From Octopus vulgaris (Eukaryota), in assembly GCA_951406725.2 (NCBI GenBank), contig OX597816.1, forward strand, positions 133,858,001 through 133,922,000: a stretch of 64,000 nucleotides of DNA, given 5' to 3'. Both the position numbers and the translations under genes were made by a program. Below the pieces are notes generated by a model, which ran no database searches, had not been told where the DNA came from, and saw only the letters and a list, made by a program, of their open reading frames with translations. Positions within the stretch are counted from its first letter, which is position 1. Every line of letters starts with the position of its first letter. Shown here in pieces: positions 13,560 to 26,482 of this stretch.

Positions 13560-13870
13560 ACAGTGGATGGCAGAATTGATAGGGAGTCAGACAAAATGCA
13601 CTATGATATTTATCCGTTATAACCTAAGTTCAAATCTTGTCCAGGTTGACTCTGACTTTCAATTGTCAAGGGATTGATAAAATAAGTTCCACTCAAGTAC
13701 TGGGGTTGTTGAGATTGGCAAAAACCATTAGAACATCAGTATTCATTCCTGCTCTTTACATTCTGAGTTCAAATGTCACCAAGGTCACATTTACCTAACA
13801 CTAGGATCTTTGTAATTGACTAGCTCCATATCCCACCCATCTCCAACACAGAATTTCAAGCCTTGCACCA

Positions 13871-13901
<31 letters not shown>

Positions 13902-15530
13902 GTAGTAGTATTATTATTATTATTATTATTATTAATAATAATAATTCTGCTGAGGTCGACTTTGCCTTTCATCCTTTTGGGGTTGATAAAATAAGTACCA
14001 GTGAAACACTGGGGTCACCATAATTGACTTACACACTCACCACAAATTTCAGGCCTTGTGCCTTTATTAGAAAGGACTATTATTGTTATTATTATTATTA
14101 TTATTATTTATATGGTTAGAAATGTTGGCAGAATTGTTAGAGCATGGACAAAATGTGATATTTCTTCTGACTCATTAATTTCTAAGTTCAAATTCTAAAT
14201 AGTTTGACTTTGTCTTTCATCCTTCTGGGGTCAATGAAATAATTACTTATTGAGCACTGGGATTCATGCAATCAACTAACCCAACATCCAAAATTTCAGG
14301 CCTTGTACTTTAGTAGAAAGGATTATTACTGGTGACATGGCAGAATTGTTAGAATGCCAGGCAAAATACTTGGCAGCATTTCGCCTGTCTTCACATTCTA
14401 AGTTCAGATTCTGCCAAGGTCAACTTTGCCTTTCATCCTTTCAGGGTCAATAAAATAAGTATCAGTGGGACACTGGTGTCGATGTAATTGACTTATCCCC
14501 TCCCCCAAAACTGCTACCCTTGTGGCAAAATTTGAAACCATTATTACCTCTGCCTTAGCAAAGGCCGAGGTATTGTTTTCAGTCATGTTTGTTTGTATGT
14601 GGACAAGATATCTCAAGAACCGCTCAATGGATTCGGATGAGACCTAGGCAAGGAGTGAGAGGTAGGCAAGGAGTGAGAGCGAGGCAAGGAGTGAGAGTGA
14701 GGCATAGTGAATGAAAGAGGAAATGGGAGAAAGAAAGAGATGTAAATTGGTTTGTTGGGGTAGTGTGAGGGGAAAAGTTTTCTTGTTATATGTGGGTGGA
14801 ACACCCAGGTCAGGCACTAGCAAAAGGCAATAACAGAATGAGATAAGGCGTGTAGATAGAACGCACAGGTTGGGGGCAAGCAGAGAGCAATGACATAGTG
14901 GCGGACATGATTGGGGAGTGGGAAGTAATCATAGTACATGAAGCAGAAATTTGAGGAAGAGAAGGGATGTAGACATAGTTTGGTTCATTGTGGTAGAGTG
15001 TGTGAGGTTTTCTACATATTATTATCATTACTATTATTACCATTATTATTATTATCATCATCATCATCATTATTATTATTAAGGTGGTGAGCTAGCAAAA
15101 TTGTTAGCCCACCATGCTTAACAATATATCATCTGTTGCTACATTCTGAGTTCAAATTCTACCAAGATCAACTTTGCCTTTCATCCTTTCAGGGTTCATT
15201 AAATTAGTACCAGTTATGCACAGGGATTGGTGCAATTGACTTAATCCCTTCCCCCAAATTTCAGACTTTGTGCCTATAGTAGAAAGGATTATTATTATCA
15301 TTATTATTATTAAGGCAGTGAGCTGGCAGAATCGTTAGCATACTGGACAAAGTGCTTAGCAATATCTCATCTGTGTTTATGTTCTTAGTTCTAATTCTAT
15401 TGATGTTGACTTTTCCTTTCATCCTTTCAGGGTCAATGAAATTAGAACCAGCCAGTGAAACACTGGGGTTGATGTAATCGACTTGCCCCCTCTCCTCCAA
15501 ATTTCAGGCTTTGTACCTATATTTAACAAG
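13560..15530 (+). mobile_element. Cluster of same-orientation tRNA-derived SINEs (family A, GCCTTTCATCCTTTCGGGGTCGATAAAATAAGTACCAG core, Nin/Deu-domain-like)
   Basis: About seven partial or complete copies separated by (ATT)n. Further copies near 3385-3580(-), 11255-11350(-), 16135-16330, 18300-18930 (mixed), 33260-33690 (two), 47510-47685(-), 54137-54330, 56880-57090 and 63133-63360. Confidence 0.85.
14541..14640 (+). mobile_element. Helentron/DINE-1-like element 5' end
   Basis: TTATTACCTCTGCC-TTAGCAAA-GGCCGAGGTATT short inverted repeat followed by a GTTT microsatellite. Confidence 0.45.
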
Positions 15531-15690
15531 ACCACCACCACCACCACCACCGCCACCACCACCATCGTCATCGTCATCATCATCATCATCATCATCGTCA
15601 TCGTCATCGTCGTCGTCGTTGTTGTCATCATCATCATCATCATCATACTCATTATCATTTTCATCATCGTCATCATCATCATCATTATCC
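15531..15690. repeat. Compound (ACC)n/(TCA,TCG)n microsatellite
   Basis: Direct reading. Confidence 0.95.
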
Positions 15691-16937
15691 CATTACTGGG
15701 GTAGCTGAAATATTAGATAGAGAACAGAGATAAGTCTTTATTCTGAATTCAAATCTTCCTGCAGTTTATTTCATCATTCATTCCTTCATGGTCATAAAAA
15801 AAATACAAAGGTTTTAATTGATTAAATCAACCCCCAGGACATATTTCAGCTAGTAATTATTTTTAAAGTATCTATTTGTCAAACAGCTAGGTTATAGGAA
15901 CTTACACTAACTGACATTAGGTGTCAAGTAGTGAGAACCAATTACAAAAATGCACACACACACACACACATGATGGGTTTTCATTCAGTTTCCATCAAGC
16001 AATTCTACTCACACTGCATTGGCTGGTGCAGGGCTATAGTAAAAGACATTTGTCCAAGGTGCCATTCAGTGAGAGTGAACTAGAAACCATGTGGTTCAGA
16101 AGTGAACTTCTTAACCACACAGCTCCATCTGTGGCAAGTTAGCAGAACCATTAATTAGGCAAAAGACTTAGTGGCATTTCATACATTTTTACATTCTGAG
16201 TTCAAATTCTTCTAAGGTTGACTTTGCTTTTCATCCTTTAGGGGTTGATGAAATAAGATCAGTTGAGCTTTGGGGGTTGATGTAATCGGCTTATGACCAC
16301 CCCCAAAATTGCTAGGCTTGTACCAAATTGGTTGGCTTTGGTTGGCTTGGAGCTTTTGTAGAAAAGAAATTGCCCAAGGTGCTTTGCCATAGAACAGAAC
16401 CTGGAACATGTAATTGGGAAGCAAACTTTTTACCACTTGGCCACATCTGCACTTAATTAATAAGAACAATTTTGTAATTTCATATAGAGTATATTTTATC
16501 CTTTTAGTTTTAGTTTTAAAAACTGCCCCCTTTCCAATGCTCATGCGGGTGGGATGATTTTTTTTGAAGCATAAGTTTTCACAGTTGAATGCCCTCCCTA
16601 TTGCTAATCACTCAACCATAAATATATATGAAACCTGATTTATGTTCAGTCAGACAAACTGGAGCAAGTAATGTTAGTCGCCTTCATACTTATATTACTT
16701 CATAAATTACCAAAGCATTAAGTAGTGTGTATTTTGATGCTATAATGTACTTTTGAATAAGTCTAAATTTTCTGCTGACACTGCATGTGTAGATAAACTA
16801 AACAAAATTGAATTTAATCAATTCAGATCACTTACAAAATACAAGGTTGGCTAAAACCTTAGATACACTGAAATGCATTGTATTTACTCAATATAATATA
16901 TAGGAGCATTAAGAAAGACACATATTTTACTTTATAC

Positions 16938-17277
16938 CAGTAGTTCTCAACCTGGGTTCATATGGCCCCTTGGGGTACATATAAGATTTTAGGGAGTCCA
17001 TACAAGCAAAATAGCGAATTGGTTCCACAATACTATTTTATGGGTCCATAAAAAAATTTTGCTCTAGATGTATTTATTGCATGAAACTGCTAAGGTTTCT
17101 TTTTCTGATGTTTTACATAGCTCAACCTATTCATGTGAATGTGTGATAAACAAAATATGAATTTTGAAGGAATTATCTGTAAAGCTAGTTTTTAAACATT
17201 AAATGGCTATGCGAGTCCACCAGAATAAAATAATAATCAAAGGGGTCCATAGAAAAAAAAATGGTTGAGAATCACTG
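16938..17277. mobile_element. hAT (Charlie-like) MITE with 8-bp target-site duplication
   Basis: TIRs CAGTAGTTCTCAACC / GGTTGAGAATCACTG; flanks CTTTATAC / CCTTATAC; a related partial copy lies at about 9552-9740. Confidence 0.88.
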
Positions 17278-17304
17278 CCTTATACAGCATTAAGAGGGTA
17301 AGTA

Positions 17305-17630
17305 AAGGTGCATGGTTCAGTGGTTAGAGTGTCAGACTCACAATCATGAGGTAGTGAGTTCAATTCTTGGATCGGATTGTGTGTTATGTTCTTGAACAAG
17401 ACACTTTATTTCACATTGCTCCAATTCACTCAGCTCTAGAAATGAGTTGTGGTGTCACTGGTGCCAAGCTGTATTGGCCTTTGGATAACATCAATGGCAT
17501 GGAGAGGGGAGGCTGGTATGTATGGGTGACTGCTGGTCTTCCATAAACAAATTTGCCTGACTTGTACCTTGGAGAGGTACTTTCAAGGTGCAGTTCCATG
17601 GTCATTCATGACTGAAGAGGTCTTTACCTT
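17305..17630 (+). mobile_element. tRNA-derived SINE family C
   Basis: A box TGGTTCAGTGG, B box GTTCAATTC, core TTCTTGARCAAGACACTTTATTTCAC; close copy at 44803-45140, relatives at 29845-30095(-) and 32290-32500. Confidence 0.85.
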
Positions 17631-17988
17631 TTACAGCCTTAAATAGGATCACATATCACAACATCAGTGCTTCTCCATATCTGGACCAAATCCAAAACAT
17701 TTTTAGGGGTTCCCCACCAAAAAAGTAAAGCACAAGTTTGTTAAAGAAAAAATTATTATATTTATAAAGGGAAGACTGTTGGGGGCTGCCTACATCCATG
17801 GGAGCCATGGCTGAGAACTGCTGCTCAACATGGTCACACGATTTGTTAGAAATAGCAACCAGATGTCACACCCTACTGCCTGGAGAAAGGACAGGACATA
17901 CTGAATAATGTAATCTTAGACATACTTCTTAAAAGGATAGGATTGTCATACTGGAAAGCTTTTGATCTGAGGTCAGCTCAGTCAATGT

Positions 17989-17992
<4 letters not shown>

Positions 17993-18053
<61 letters not shown>

Positions 18054-18098
18054 TGCGTGTGTGTGTTTTTGTGTGTGTGTGTTTGCGTGTGTGTGTGT
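17993..18098. repeat. (GT)n microsatellite
   Basis: Direct reading. Confidence 0.95.
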
Positions 18099-19399
18099 CC
18101 CAACATCACTTGACAATTGATGCTGGTGTGTTTACATACCCATAACTTAGCAGTTTGGCAAAAGAGACCAATAAAATAAGTACTAGGCTTACAAAGAATA
18201 AGTCCTGGGGTCGATTTGTTTGACTAAAGGCGGTGCTCCAGCATGACTGCAGTCAAACGACTGAAACAAGTAAAAGAATAAAAGAATAATGATGATTTTT
18301 AGCGCTGGTACAAGGTCAGAAATTTAAAGGGTGCAAGGAAAATATAAGCTACTACACCAAACCAGCATTTGACTGGTAGTTTATTTTATTGAATCCCATT
18401 AGAATAAAAGTCAATGTTGATTTCAGCAGGATTTGAACTCAAAACACGAAGAAACATGACTAAATACTGCAAGGCATTTTGTCAATCACTCTACTAATTC
18501 TACCAATCTTTGCAGTATTACTTTTAATAATGTCTAGCCTAAGAAACTGGAAAAATCATTAGCCTGCTAGGCAAAATGCTTAGTGATGTTTCATCTGTCT
18601 ACACATTCCGAGTTCAAATTCCACCAAAGTTGAGTTTGCCTTTCATCTGTTCTGGGTTGATAAAATAAGTAGCAGTCAAGCGCTGGGGTCAATGTAACCA
18701 ACTTAGCCCCTTCTCCAAAACTGCTGGCTTTGTGCTAAAATTTGAAACCAAGTACAAGGCCAGAAATTTGAAGGGTACATCAAACCAGTATTTGACTGAA
18801 AGTGGCTCTGTGCAATTGCCCAGAAGGATAATGGCCAAAGTTGACTTTGGCAAGATTTGAATTCAGAATGTAGAAGGATGTGACTAAACATCACAACATA
18901 TTTTGTCTGGCAAGATTCTGATTGTTAGACATTTATTTTGCCTCCAGGATTCATTCCTCAGACATACAACATGTACTTTAATATTTGTGCCTTTCCTCCT
19001 CCCACTCCTCCTAATTACATCATCATCATCATCATCATCATCATCCTTGTATGCAAATATACAATAATAATAAAAAGGCACAAATATTAAAGTACAAAAA
19101 TAGCCATGTGCCTACTTGAATGATAACAAAATTAATATCAGAGAAAAGTTAGCAGATGGGAGTCAGACAATAGGCATTAAAAAAATAGGATTGTCCTAAA
19201 AAGGATATTGATTTTCATTGCAGCAAAATAATCATTTCCCCTCTTTTCTAGAAGGTTCCTGTTCACTGACTCTATAGGCTGGACCAAACTTTAATCAGTA
19301 GAGATATGTTTGAGCAGATAGCTACCAAAGACTTCCATCCTGCATTAACTTTTGAGCGAAGTAAGATTAATAATTGCTTTAATTATTTTTTTTATTTGT

Positions 19400-19437
19400 T
19401 ACATATATACATACATGTATATATGCATGTATGTATG

Positions 19438-19501
<64 letters not shown>

Positions 19502-19890
19502 TATTTGTGTGTATATTGTGAAGGAGAAAAAGAGTACTTCACAATTTGAAGGAAAAGATTTCGAAGAAAATATTAGTAATTGCACACATATTGGTATGTC
19601 CCTCCTCCTCCTCCTCCTCATCATCATCATCATCATCATCATCTTTCATCGTCTTCTTCTCCTCTTCCTACTCTTCACCATCATCAGTACTACCATCACC
19701 ATAACTATCACTACCACCACCACAAACCGTCACATTCACACCCACCACCACTACCACCACTGCAAAATCATCACAATCACCATAACCATCATTACCACCA
19801 AAACCAACATCTACACCACTACCACCTCCACCAGCAACAGTGGTAGCAGTAGCAACAGCAGGAACAGTAGCAACAGCAGCAGCAGCAACT
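19400..19890. repeat. Compound microsatellite field: (TA)/(GT), (CCT), (CAT), (ACC), (AGC)
   Basis: Direct reading. Confidence 0.95.
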
Positions 19891-20777
19891 TGCTCTTCTT
19901 TATTATCATCAGTTATCCAGTTTCTCAGTTCTTTCAAATTTTAAACAATATCAGGAATGACCAAGCTGGGCACTGTGCCTTGTGTTTTATTTATTCTCTT
20001 TGCTTTTGTTGGCAGCATTTTCCTTCTTTATTATCGATGTTCTTGAAAGTATATGTGTAAATGTGCGTCTATAATCTGTGCAGTTATATGTACGAATGCT
20101 TCTATGTATTATGTGTAAAATAACTCGAGGCTTATTTTTCATACTTACAGGGTTGACAAAATACCAGTCAGATATTAGGGTCAATTTAATCGCTTGCATC
20201 CTCCTCCAAAAATTTATGGCCTTATGCCAATGTTAGAAATCAATTTACATAATGCTGTTAGATGAATGAATGAATGAATGAATGAATGAATGAATGTTGT
20301 ATGCATTAGTTTTTATTTTAGCTAGTCACAGATAACTGGCTTGAGATATTTTAATGGAGTCTGTCCATAGGTACACGTGTGGCTTTGGTTGAGAAGTTTG
20401 CTTCCCAACCACACTGTTTTGGGTTCAGCCCTGTTGCATGGCACATTGGGCAAGAAGATATTTTGACACCTTCTCTAGTTACAGCAAGAAGACAGCTCCA
20501 GGCTGACAAAAGCCTTGTGAGTGAATCTGGTAGACAGAAACTAAAAGAAGTCCATATGCTTGTACCATTCTTTCAGTGTTCTGTTTGGTTATAACATGAA
20601 ACGACTCTGATGAAAGTAGTATTAATTTTCTAGGCCATTCAATTTTTCTCAACCAATCAATGGGCTGATTGAGTAAACTTGTCAATAACGAACCTGTAAT
20701 GACTACTGGAAACAGCTGCAAATCAAATTTACTATAATGAAGAAAACTATGTAATGACCATTATTTATGCCTTGTCT

Positions 20778-20797
20778 TATGTATGTATGTATGTATG

Positions 20798-20831
<34 letters not shown>

Positions 20832-20882
20832 TGTATGTATGTATGTATGTTTGTATGTATGTATGTATGTATGTACGTATGC
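20778..20882. repeat. (TATG)n microsatellite; (TGAA)n also at 20263-20295
   Basis: Direct reading. Confidence 0.95.
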
Positions 20883-20914
20883 ATGTGACCTTTCACTCTC
20901 TTTTTTTTTCATGA

Positions 20915-23687
20915 ATGAGCTACTCTGCGTCGGTCACTGAAGTGATATTTGATCACTTTATAGAGTGAGTATCTGAGTGTCAATTTGGTGTCTGGAATGG
21001 AATACTTACCTCATGGGCAGGTAGAAGCTCTTTAACCTTGGGTGGTAATCTACCTAGGAGAAGGAAATCTCCGAAATAAGACCTGAGGCCTTGAAAGTTC
21101 CTGGTTTTGTCAATTTTCATGTCACGCTGATGAAAGTCTTCTTGGGCCAATAGGTGGGGGGTAGTGCAGTGCAAGCTACATTCACTGAAAATCATTCATC
21201 TGCACAGGTACTTCCTGTACTCCAAATCTTAGTAAAATCATTCAATTGGTTGGTTGGCAGAAACCTATAAATATAATTGTTACTTACTCTAAAATGTCTC
21301 AAACAGATTCAGTAAATAGCAAAAATGGCTTGGGAACGTCCTGGGAACAGATCTAGCTCGGCAGGTGTCCCAGTGTATCACAGGCTGGACCCAGTCGTCA
21401 TCCTGCCACTGTGGTCAAACAATCTTCAAGAAAATGTAAAAATAAACATCCTTTGAATTTCGGTTGTTAGAATGTGTGCACACTTCTTGATGATAATTTC
21501 AACAAGGGGCCAGAAAAGCATACTGCACTTATTGCATGTGAGCTCAAGAAATATTCCCTTGATATAGTTGTGCTCTCTGAAACTTGTTTCAATGGTGAGG
21601 GTCAAGTAAATGAACCTACTTATGAATATACTATCTTTTGGAAAGGCCCACCTAAGGGTCAGCATAGAGAATCTGGTATTGAGTTTGCTCTCAAGAATGC
21701 ATTAGTATCCTCCATTGCAGAGCTTCCAAGTGGTGTATCTGAATGTATCATGTCATGTCATATTAAACTGAAAAAAGGTAGGTTTCTTACCATTGTCAGT
21801 ATTTATGCACCAACAATGTCCCATTCTGATGAAACTGTAGGACAGTTTTATGATGATCTAGCACAATTATTGAGGAAAGTACCAATTTCTGACAAGCTGG
21901 TCATATTGGGAGATTTCAATGCGAAAGTTGGAAAGGACTATGTTTCATAGGATTGGAAATTGCAATAAAAAGGGAGTAGCTCTTTTGGCATTCTGTACTG
22001 AGAATAATCTGGTTGTCACCAACACTCTGTTTAAGCAGAAAATTAAATATAAAACCACCTGGATGCACCCAAGATCTAAGCACTGGCATCTCATAGATTA
22101 TATTCTGATTAGGAAACATGATATGAAAGAAGTTTCTAGTGTTTGGGTCATGAGTGGGTAGAGAGCTGGACTGACCATCATCTAGTGCTTGGAACAATAG
22201 ATTTTTCGATAATGCCTAAAAATCGATAGTCTGGTCCTAAGGTACCCAAAAAGTTAAATGTTGCAAACTTTAAATTATCAAGCAACTTGCAAAGATTCCA
22301 CGATGCTATAGAAAGTATCAATCTTGATCCAACAATCTATGGGAAGATTTCAAAACAAAAGTATTTCAGAAAATTACTATTTGCAAATCTCACAATGAGA
22401 GATATTCAGCAACAGTACTTTGGAGTAAAGATAATTTGCCCACATAACATGGCAGTCCTGGTTTAGGATGAATGTTGCTGTAATTTAGCTCCAGGAGTAA
22501 ACCAGGACTGCTTTGTTATGTTGGCAAATTATCTTTACTCCAATAGTATTTTAGGATACAAGTTCGTCAATGGGATTTAAATCTCGTAAATCCAGTGACT
22601 GGTTCTCAGATAGATCAGCAGAAATTCATGATCTATTTTTAGAAAAACAAAACTTAGGCAATACACTTCTTTCTCAGTTCTTGAACCCCAGCTCAAATGA
22701 CACTTACAGAAAACTGAAAGGGAAAGTGCAGGCTGCTCTAAGGAAAATTAAACAGGAATGGTGGAACGATAGAGCAAAAGAGACACAAGAAGCAGCTGAT
22801 AGAAATGATGCCAAGGGTTTGTACTCTTATGTTAAGGAGGTATATGGCCCAAAATTTTCCTCAATAGCTCCAGTGAGAACAGCAAATGGATGTTTTCTTC
22901 TGACTAACACCACTTCTATTCATAAGCATTGGGTAGAACATTTTTCTGCACTTTTGAATAGACCATTATCCATTGACATGAGGATAATAGGAAAAATTGA
23001 ACACCGTCCAGTTATAGAAGAGACGGCATTTGAACTAACTCTAAATGACATTTATTTAGCTGTGAATAAGCTGAATAGCAATAAGCCTCCAGGGTCTGAT
23101 GGAGTCTGTGCAGAAGTCTTGAAATATGGGGGTGACAAAATGTTTGAACTCTTAAATATATCAATTTGTCACTGTTGGAGAACTGAGAAAGTGCCTCAAG
23201 CCTGGATTGATGCCATTTTAGTTTCCTTGTATAAATTGAGGTCAAAAGATCTGTGTGGTAATTTTCGTGGGATTTCACTTTTGTCTGTTGTTGGAAAGGT
23301 ACTTGCCTGCATTTTGTTAGAATGTTTAAATACCTTTATAGTTCCAAATATAGTGTCTGAGTCTCAGTGTGGTTTTCATTCCTCCAGGGGCACAGCTGAT
23401 TGTGTCTTTACTGTCAGAAACTTATGAGAAAAGTACATTGAACAGAATCTTGCTCTATATCATTGCTTTGTTGATTTGAGCAAAGTATTCGATACTGTTA
23501 ATCGAAATGCTTTGTGGCTAATTCTAAGGAAAATAGGTTGCCCAGAAAAATTTGTAAACATGGTCAGAGCTTTGCATCAAGATATGAAAGCTAGAGTTAA
23601 TATTGGTGGAAGGCTCTCTGAATCTTTTGCTGTGGAAAATGGAGTAAAGCAAGGAGACCTTGATGCACCCACCCTCTTTACAATATA
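20915..23687 (+). mobile_element. Decayed RTE-clade (BovB-like) LINE: 5'UTR, APE endonuclease and N-terminal half of RT
   Basis: LNFGC*NVCTLLD, LSET, SIYAPT, LGDFNAKVG, TWMHPRSKHWHLIDY, NFRGISLLS, ESQCGF, FVDLSKVFDTV and GVKQG motifs spread over frameshifted ORFs 21474-23703. Confidence 0.93.
22416..22548. repeat. Foldback with about 50-bp arms inserted within the RTE LINE
   Basis: TTGGAGTAAAGATAATTTGCC...GCAGTCCTGGTTTA / TAAACCAGGACTGC...GGCAAATTATCTTTACTCCAA. Confidence 0.9.
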
Positions 23688-23795
23688 TTGGGTTGCCGAC
23701 TAAGTTCCTGCCATTCTTTAAAATTTAAATTTTTTTAAAAGGTTTAATAAAATACAACAACTAATTAATCAATAACGTATTCACCTTTGCTGGAC
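23688..23795 (-). mobile_element. Mariner terminus truncating the RTE LINE
   Basis: TA|TTGGGTTGCCGACTAAGTTCCTGCC TIR-like start; reverse strand shows the KGEYVID* transposase end. Confidence 0.75.
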
Positions 23796-24039
23796 AGAAT
23801 AATTAAATGCATACTTTTTTTTTTATTCCTTATTAGTTTCACTCATTGAATTGTGGCCATACTGTGGCTCTACTTTTAAGGATTTTAATTGATCATATCA
23901 CTTCCCAGAACTTCTTTTATCAAAGAGCTAAGGATTTTCAATTCTGGCACTTGATGTGCCAGTTTATATAGATGAATATCACAAAGACCACATATATACC
24001 CCAACCCCCATCCCAGCAGCAGCAGTATTTTTATTTTGC

Positions 24040-24590
24040 TTTTTTTATACTTGCATAGATTGGGTTGGTTTTCTTCAGTACAGCATCTCACCACTTGTTG
24101 CAACCCATTGTCTCCTGCTTTGTGAGGTTTAACCTTATAAAATCAGCTTTTACAACTGCCCCCATACCTTCCTTTGTTTTTCTTCTCCCACAACTTTCTT
24201 CCACTTTGAATGCTTGGCATTTCTTTATCCAATTATCATCTCCCACAGGCATCACAATGTCCTTATTATCTCAGTTATCCTTTTTTGCATGCTAGATCTG
24301 ATTCTTCTTATTCCCTGTTATTTTCCCCTCAGCTCATTTTTATTTTATCATTCTTGTATATGTTAATATAATACAACTAGCAAAGTATACTTGCTTCCTT
24401 CTTTTCCAGCTTTTCCACATCTTGCATACTCAAGGTCCATGTTTCACTGCCATATGTTATCATACCAAGCACACAAGCGTCATACAGTCTATCCTTCATT
24501 TAGAAAGAGAACCCCTTTGTTTAGCAGCAGAAATAATAGCTCCCTAATAATTTCCATCCCCTTCTTAGCCTGGCTCTGTTCTTTCAGTCA
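24040..24590 (-). mobile_element. Highly decayed RTE C-terminal fragment
   Basis: CCATGTTTCACTGCCATATG (GSETW) and CATACAGTCTATCC (RLYD) match 51745-51800. Confidence 0.65.
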
Positions 24591-24689
24591 CCTATGTAAA
24601 ATAGAATAGCTAATTAGGTCATTGAGATAACAGAAAATATCAACTACTTCTTGGGAGCAGGTATTTCGAAATAATTTATATTATGACTG

Positions 24690-25060
24690 CTCTAACTACT
24701 GGACATCTGTTACATACAAAATCCCTTTTCTCTGCCAGATTCTGTGATCCCAGTGCACTTCTAATTTAACTATAGTTTGTAGGTACATAGACACACTGTA
24801 CAGAATTCCTAGCAGCATCTTTTTTTGCACAGTGAGCAAGCCTACTTTCCAGATATTAGTGGAGAGCTGTCCTCTTTCTTGCCAGCTAAAATTGTTCTCT
24901 TTGCTAGATTTACTTTCATAACTCTCTATTTTAGGGTTTACTTCCATATTTGGAATTACTCCTTAGATTTTTCAACAGCTTGAGCTCATTGAAGTCATTA
25001 ATAGACAGAACAGTCAGTCTTAACCTCCTCTGTTAGGACATGGAAAACCATAATAAATAC
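24690..25060 (-). mobile_element. Possible decayed R4/Dong C-terminal fragment
   Basis: VQKKMLLGIL resembles the QK..LLGT motif at 47800; weak. Confidence 0.3.
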
Positions 25061-25400
25061 ACATGTCAAACCTCTTTCTGCTTCTCTTCTTGATATATGT
25101 ATCTGATGTCTAGCTTAGCTTTTGTCTACCTAATATTATTCCTTGCTCCACTGCTCCTTAGGTCTGTCTCTTACGTTTTATGTCTTTATACACCATATCA
25201 TTCTATCACCCCCACTTTCTGTACCACCTTTTGCTAAGTTGGAATCTTGTTCCATTCACAGATCAAGTCTGTGGTTTAGCTTTCTTTCTTGGTGTGGTTT
25301 CCTTGAGCAATATGCCCTGTTTGACAATCACTGATGCTGAACATGGCTGATTACTCACCAAGATGAAATCTCACAGATGAAATAAAGTCACTAAGAGAGA

Positions 25401-25406
<6 letters not shown>

Positions 25407-25476
<70 letters not shown>
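25407..25476. repeat. (GA)n microsatellite
   Basis: Direct reading. Confidence 0.95.
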
Positions 25477-25479
<3 letters not shown>

Positions 25480-26039
25480 AAAATGGATTTCAGTACTGGA
25501 CTGGCTTCTTTGTTTATTATCGACACTAAAGGGATGAAAGGTAAAGCTACCTTCAGCAGCATTGAGCTAAGAACACAAAAAAATAGGGACAAGTATCACA
25601 AAGCATTCTGTCTGACACACAAACAATTCTGCCAATTAGCTGCCATGTGTAATATATACTAGACATAACAAAGAAAATCAATATGAAACTTGAAACTTGA
25701 ATACCACAGAGAGAGAGAGAGAAGAGGTCTCTGGAACAAAGAACAATTTGTAATGTTTTGTGCAGCACTCACAGGAAGAATATCTCAGAATGAACGATGA
25801 TAAAAAGAGAGACAGGTGCAATGGATAAATTCAGTTGTAGTAATGGTAGATGGAGCAGAAACACTTTCTGTATAATAGAAGGTTTGTACTCAAACAAGAT
25901 TATTAATCTTCAGAGCCCAAGAGGACTTCATTAAATAAGAGCATCTAATTTTTTATGATGCTTGGGCTCCAATATCTTCTTTGGTAAAGTTTCTACAGCT
26001 GAATGCTCTTCCTGTTGCCAAGCATCATTTATTTCATTT

Positions 26040-26482
26040 ATTTCAGCCAGATGGTCACTTTCTCATGGAAATACCACCAAGTGATAAGAAAAAGAACCCT
26101 ACAAGACAGTGTGCAAAATGCGCAGAGAAGAGAGACGCTAAAGGAAAGAAGATTCGAAGAGAAAGCAGATACATGTGTGATGTCTGCAAGATAACTGTGT
26201 GTAACTCCTTGTTTTAAAAATTTTCTTTTGATTTAAAAACAATGCATCTTATAAAAAAATCAAAGATAGTTAAGTTATATGTATCTTTTTCAATGTCCGA
26301 GTTAACTCGTTTAAATCCAAATGAGTAAAAGTACGTTTTAATTTCTATAATAAAAAATAAAGGAAACAAGATAAAAAACTTTTTTTCTAATTAACACGGT
26401 GTATATAATTAAAAAAGGAAATAAAAAAATATGCTCTGAAATGAAATGCCATGTCAAAATAATTGATCCATTAAGGGGTTAA
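26040..26482 (+). mobile_element. piggyBac 3' end with cysteine-rich domain remnant
   Basis: GHF..IPPSDKKKNPTRQCAKC...RRESRYMCDVCKITVC; ends AAGGGG-TTAA. Confidence 0.85.

Noticed and set aside
15419-15708. Poly-M, poly-S and poly-I ORFs
   Set aside because: Trinucleotide microsatellite.
17305-17380. tRNA-like sequence (also 44803-44880 and 30020-30095)
   Set aside because: SINE heads continuing into SINE bodies; acceptor stem not intact.
19278-19360. Plus-strand exon-like segment ending GAA|GTAAGA
   Set aside because: Weak acceptor, unrecognisable peptide and no partner exons found.
19306-20060. Several ORFs up to 209 aa
   Set aside because: They are translations of microsatellites (poly-CV, poly-I, poly-H, poly-T) with no splice or domain support.
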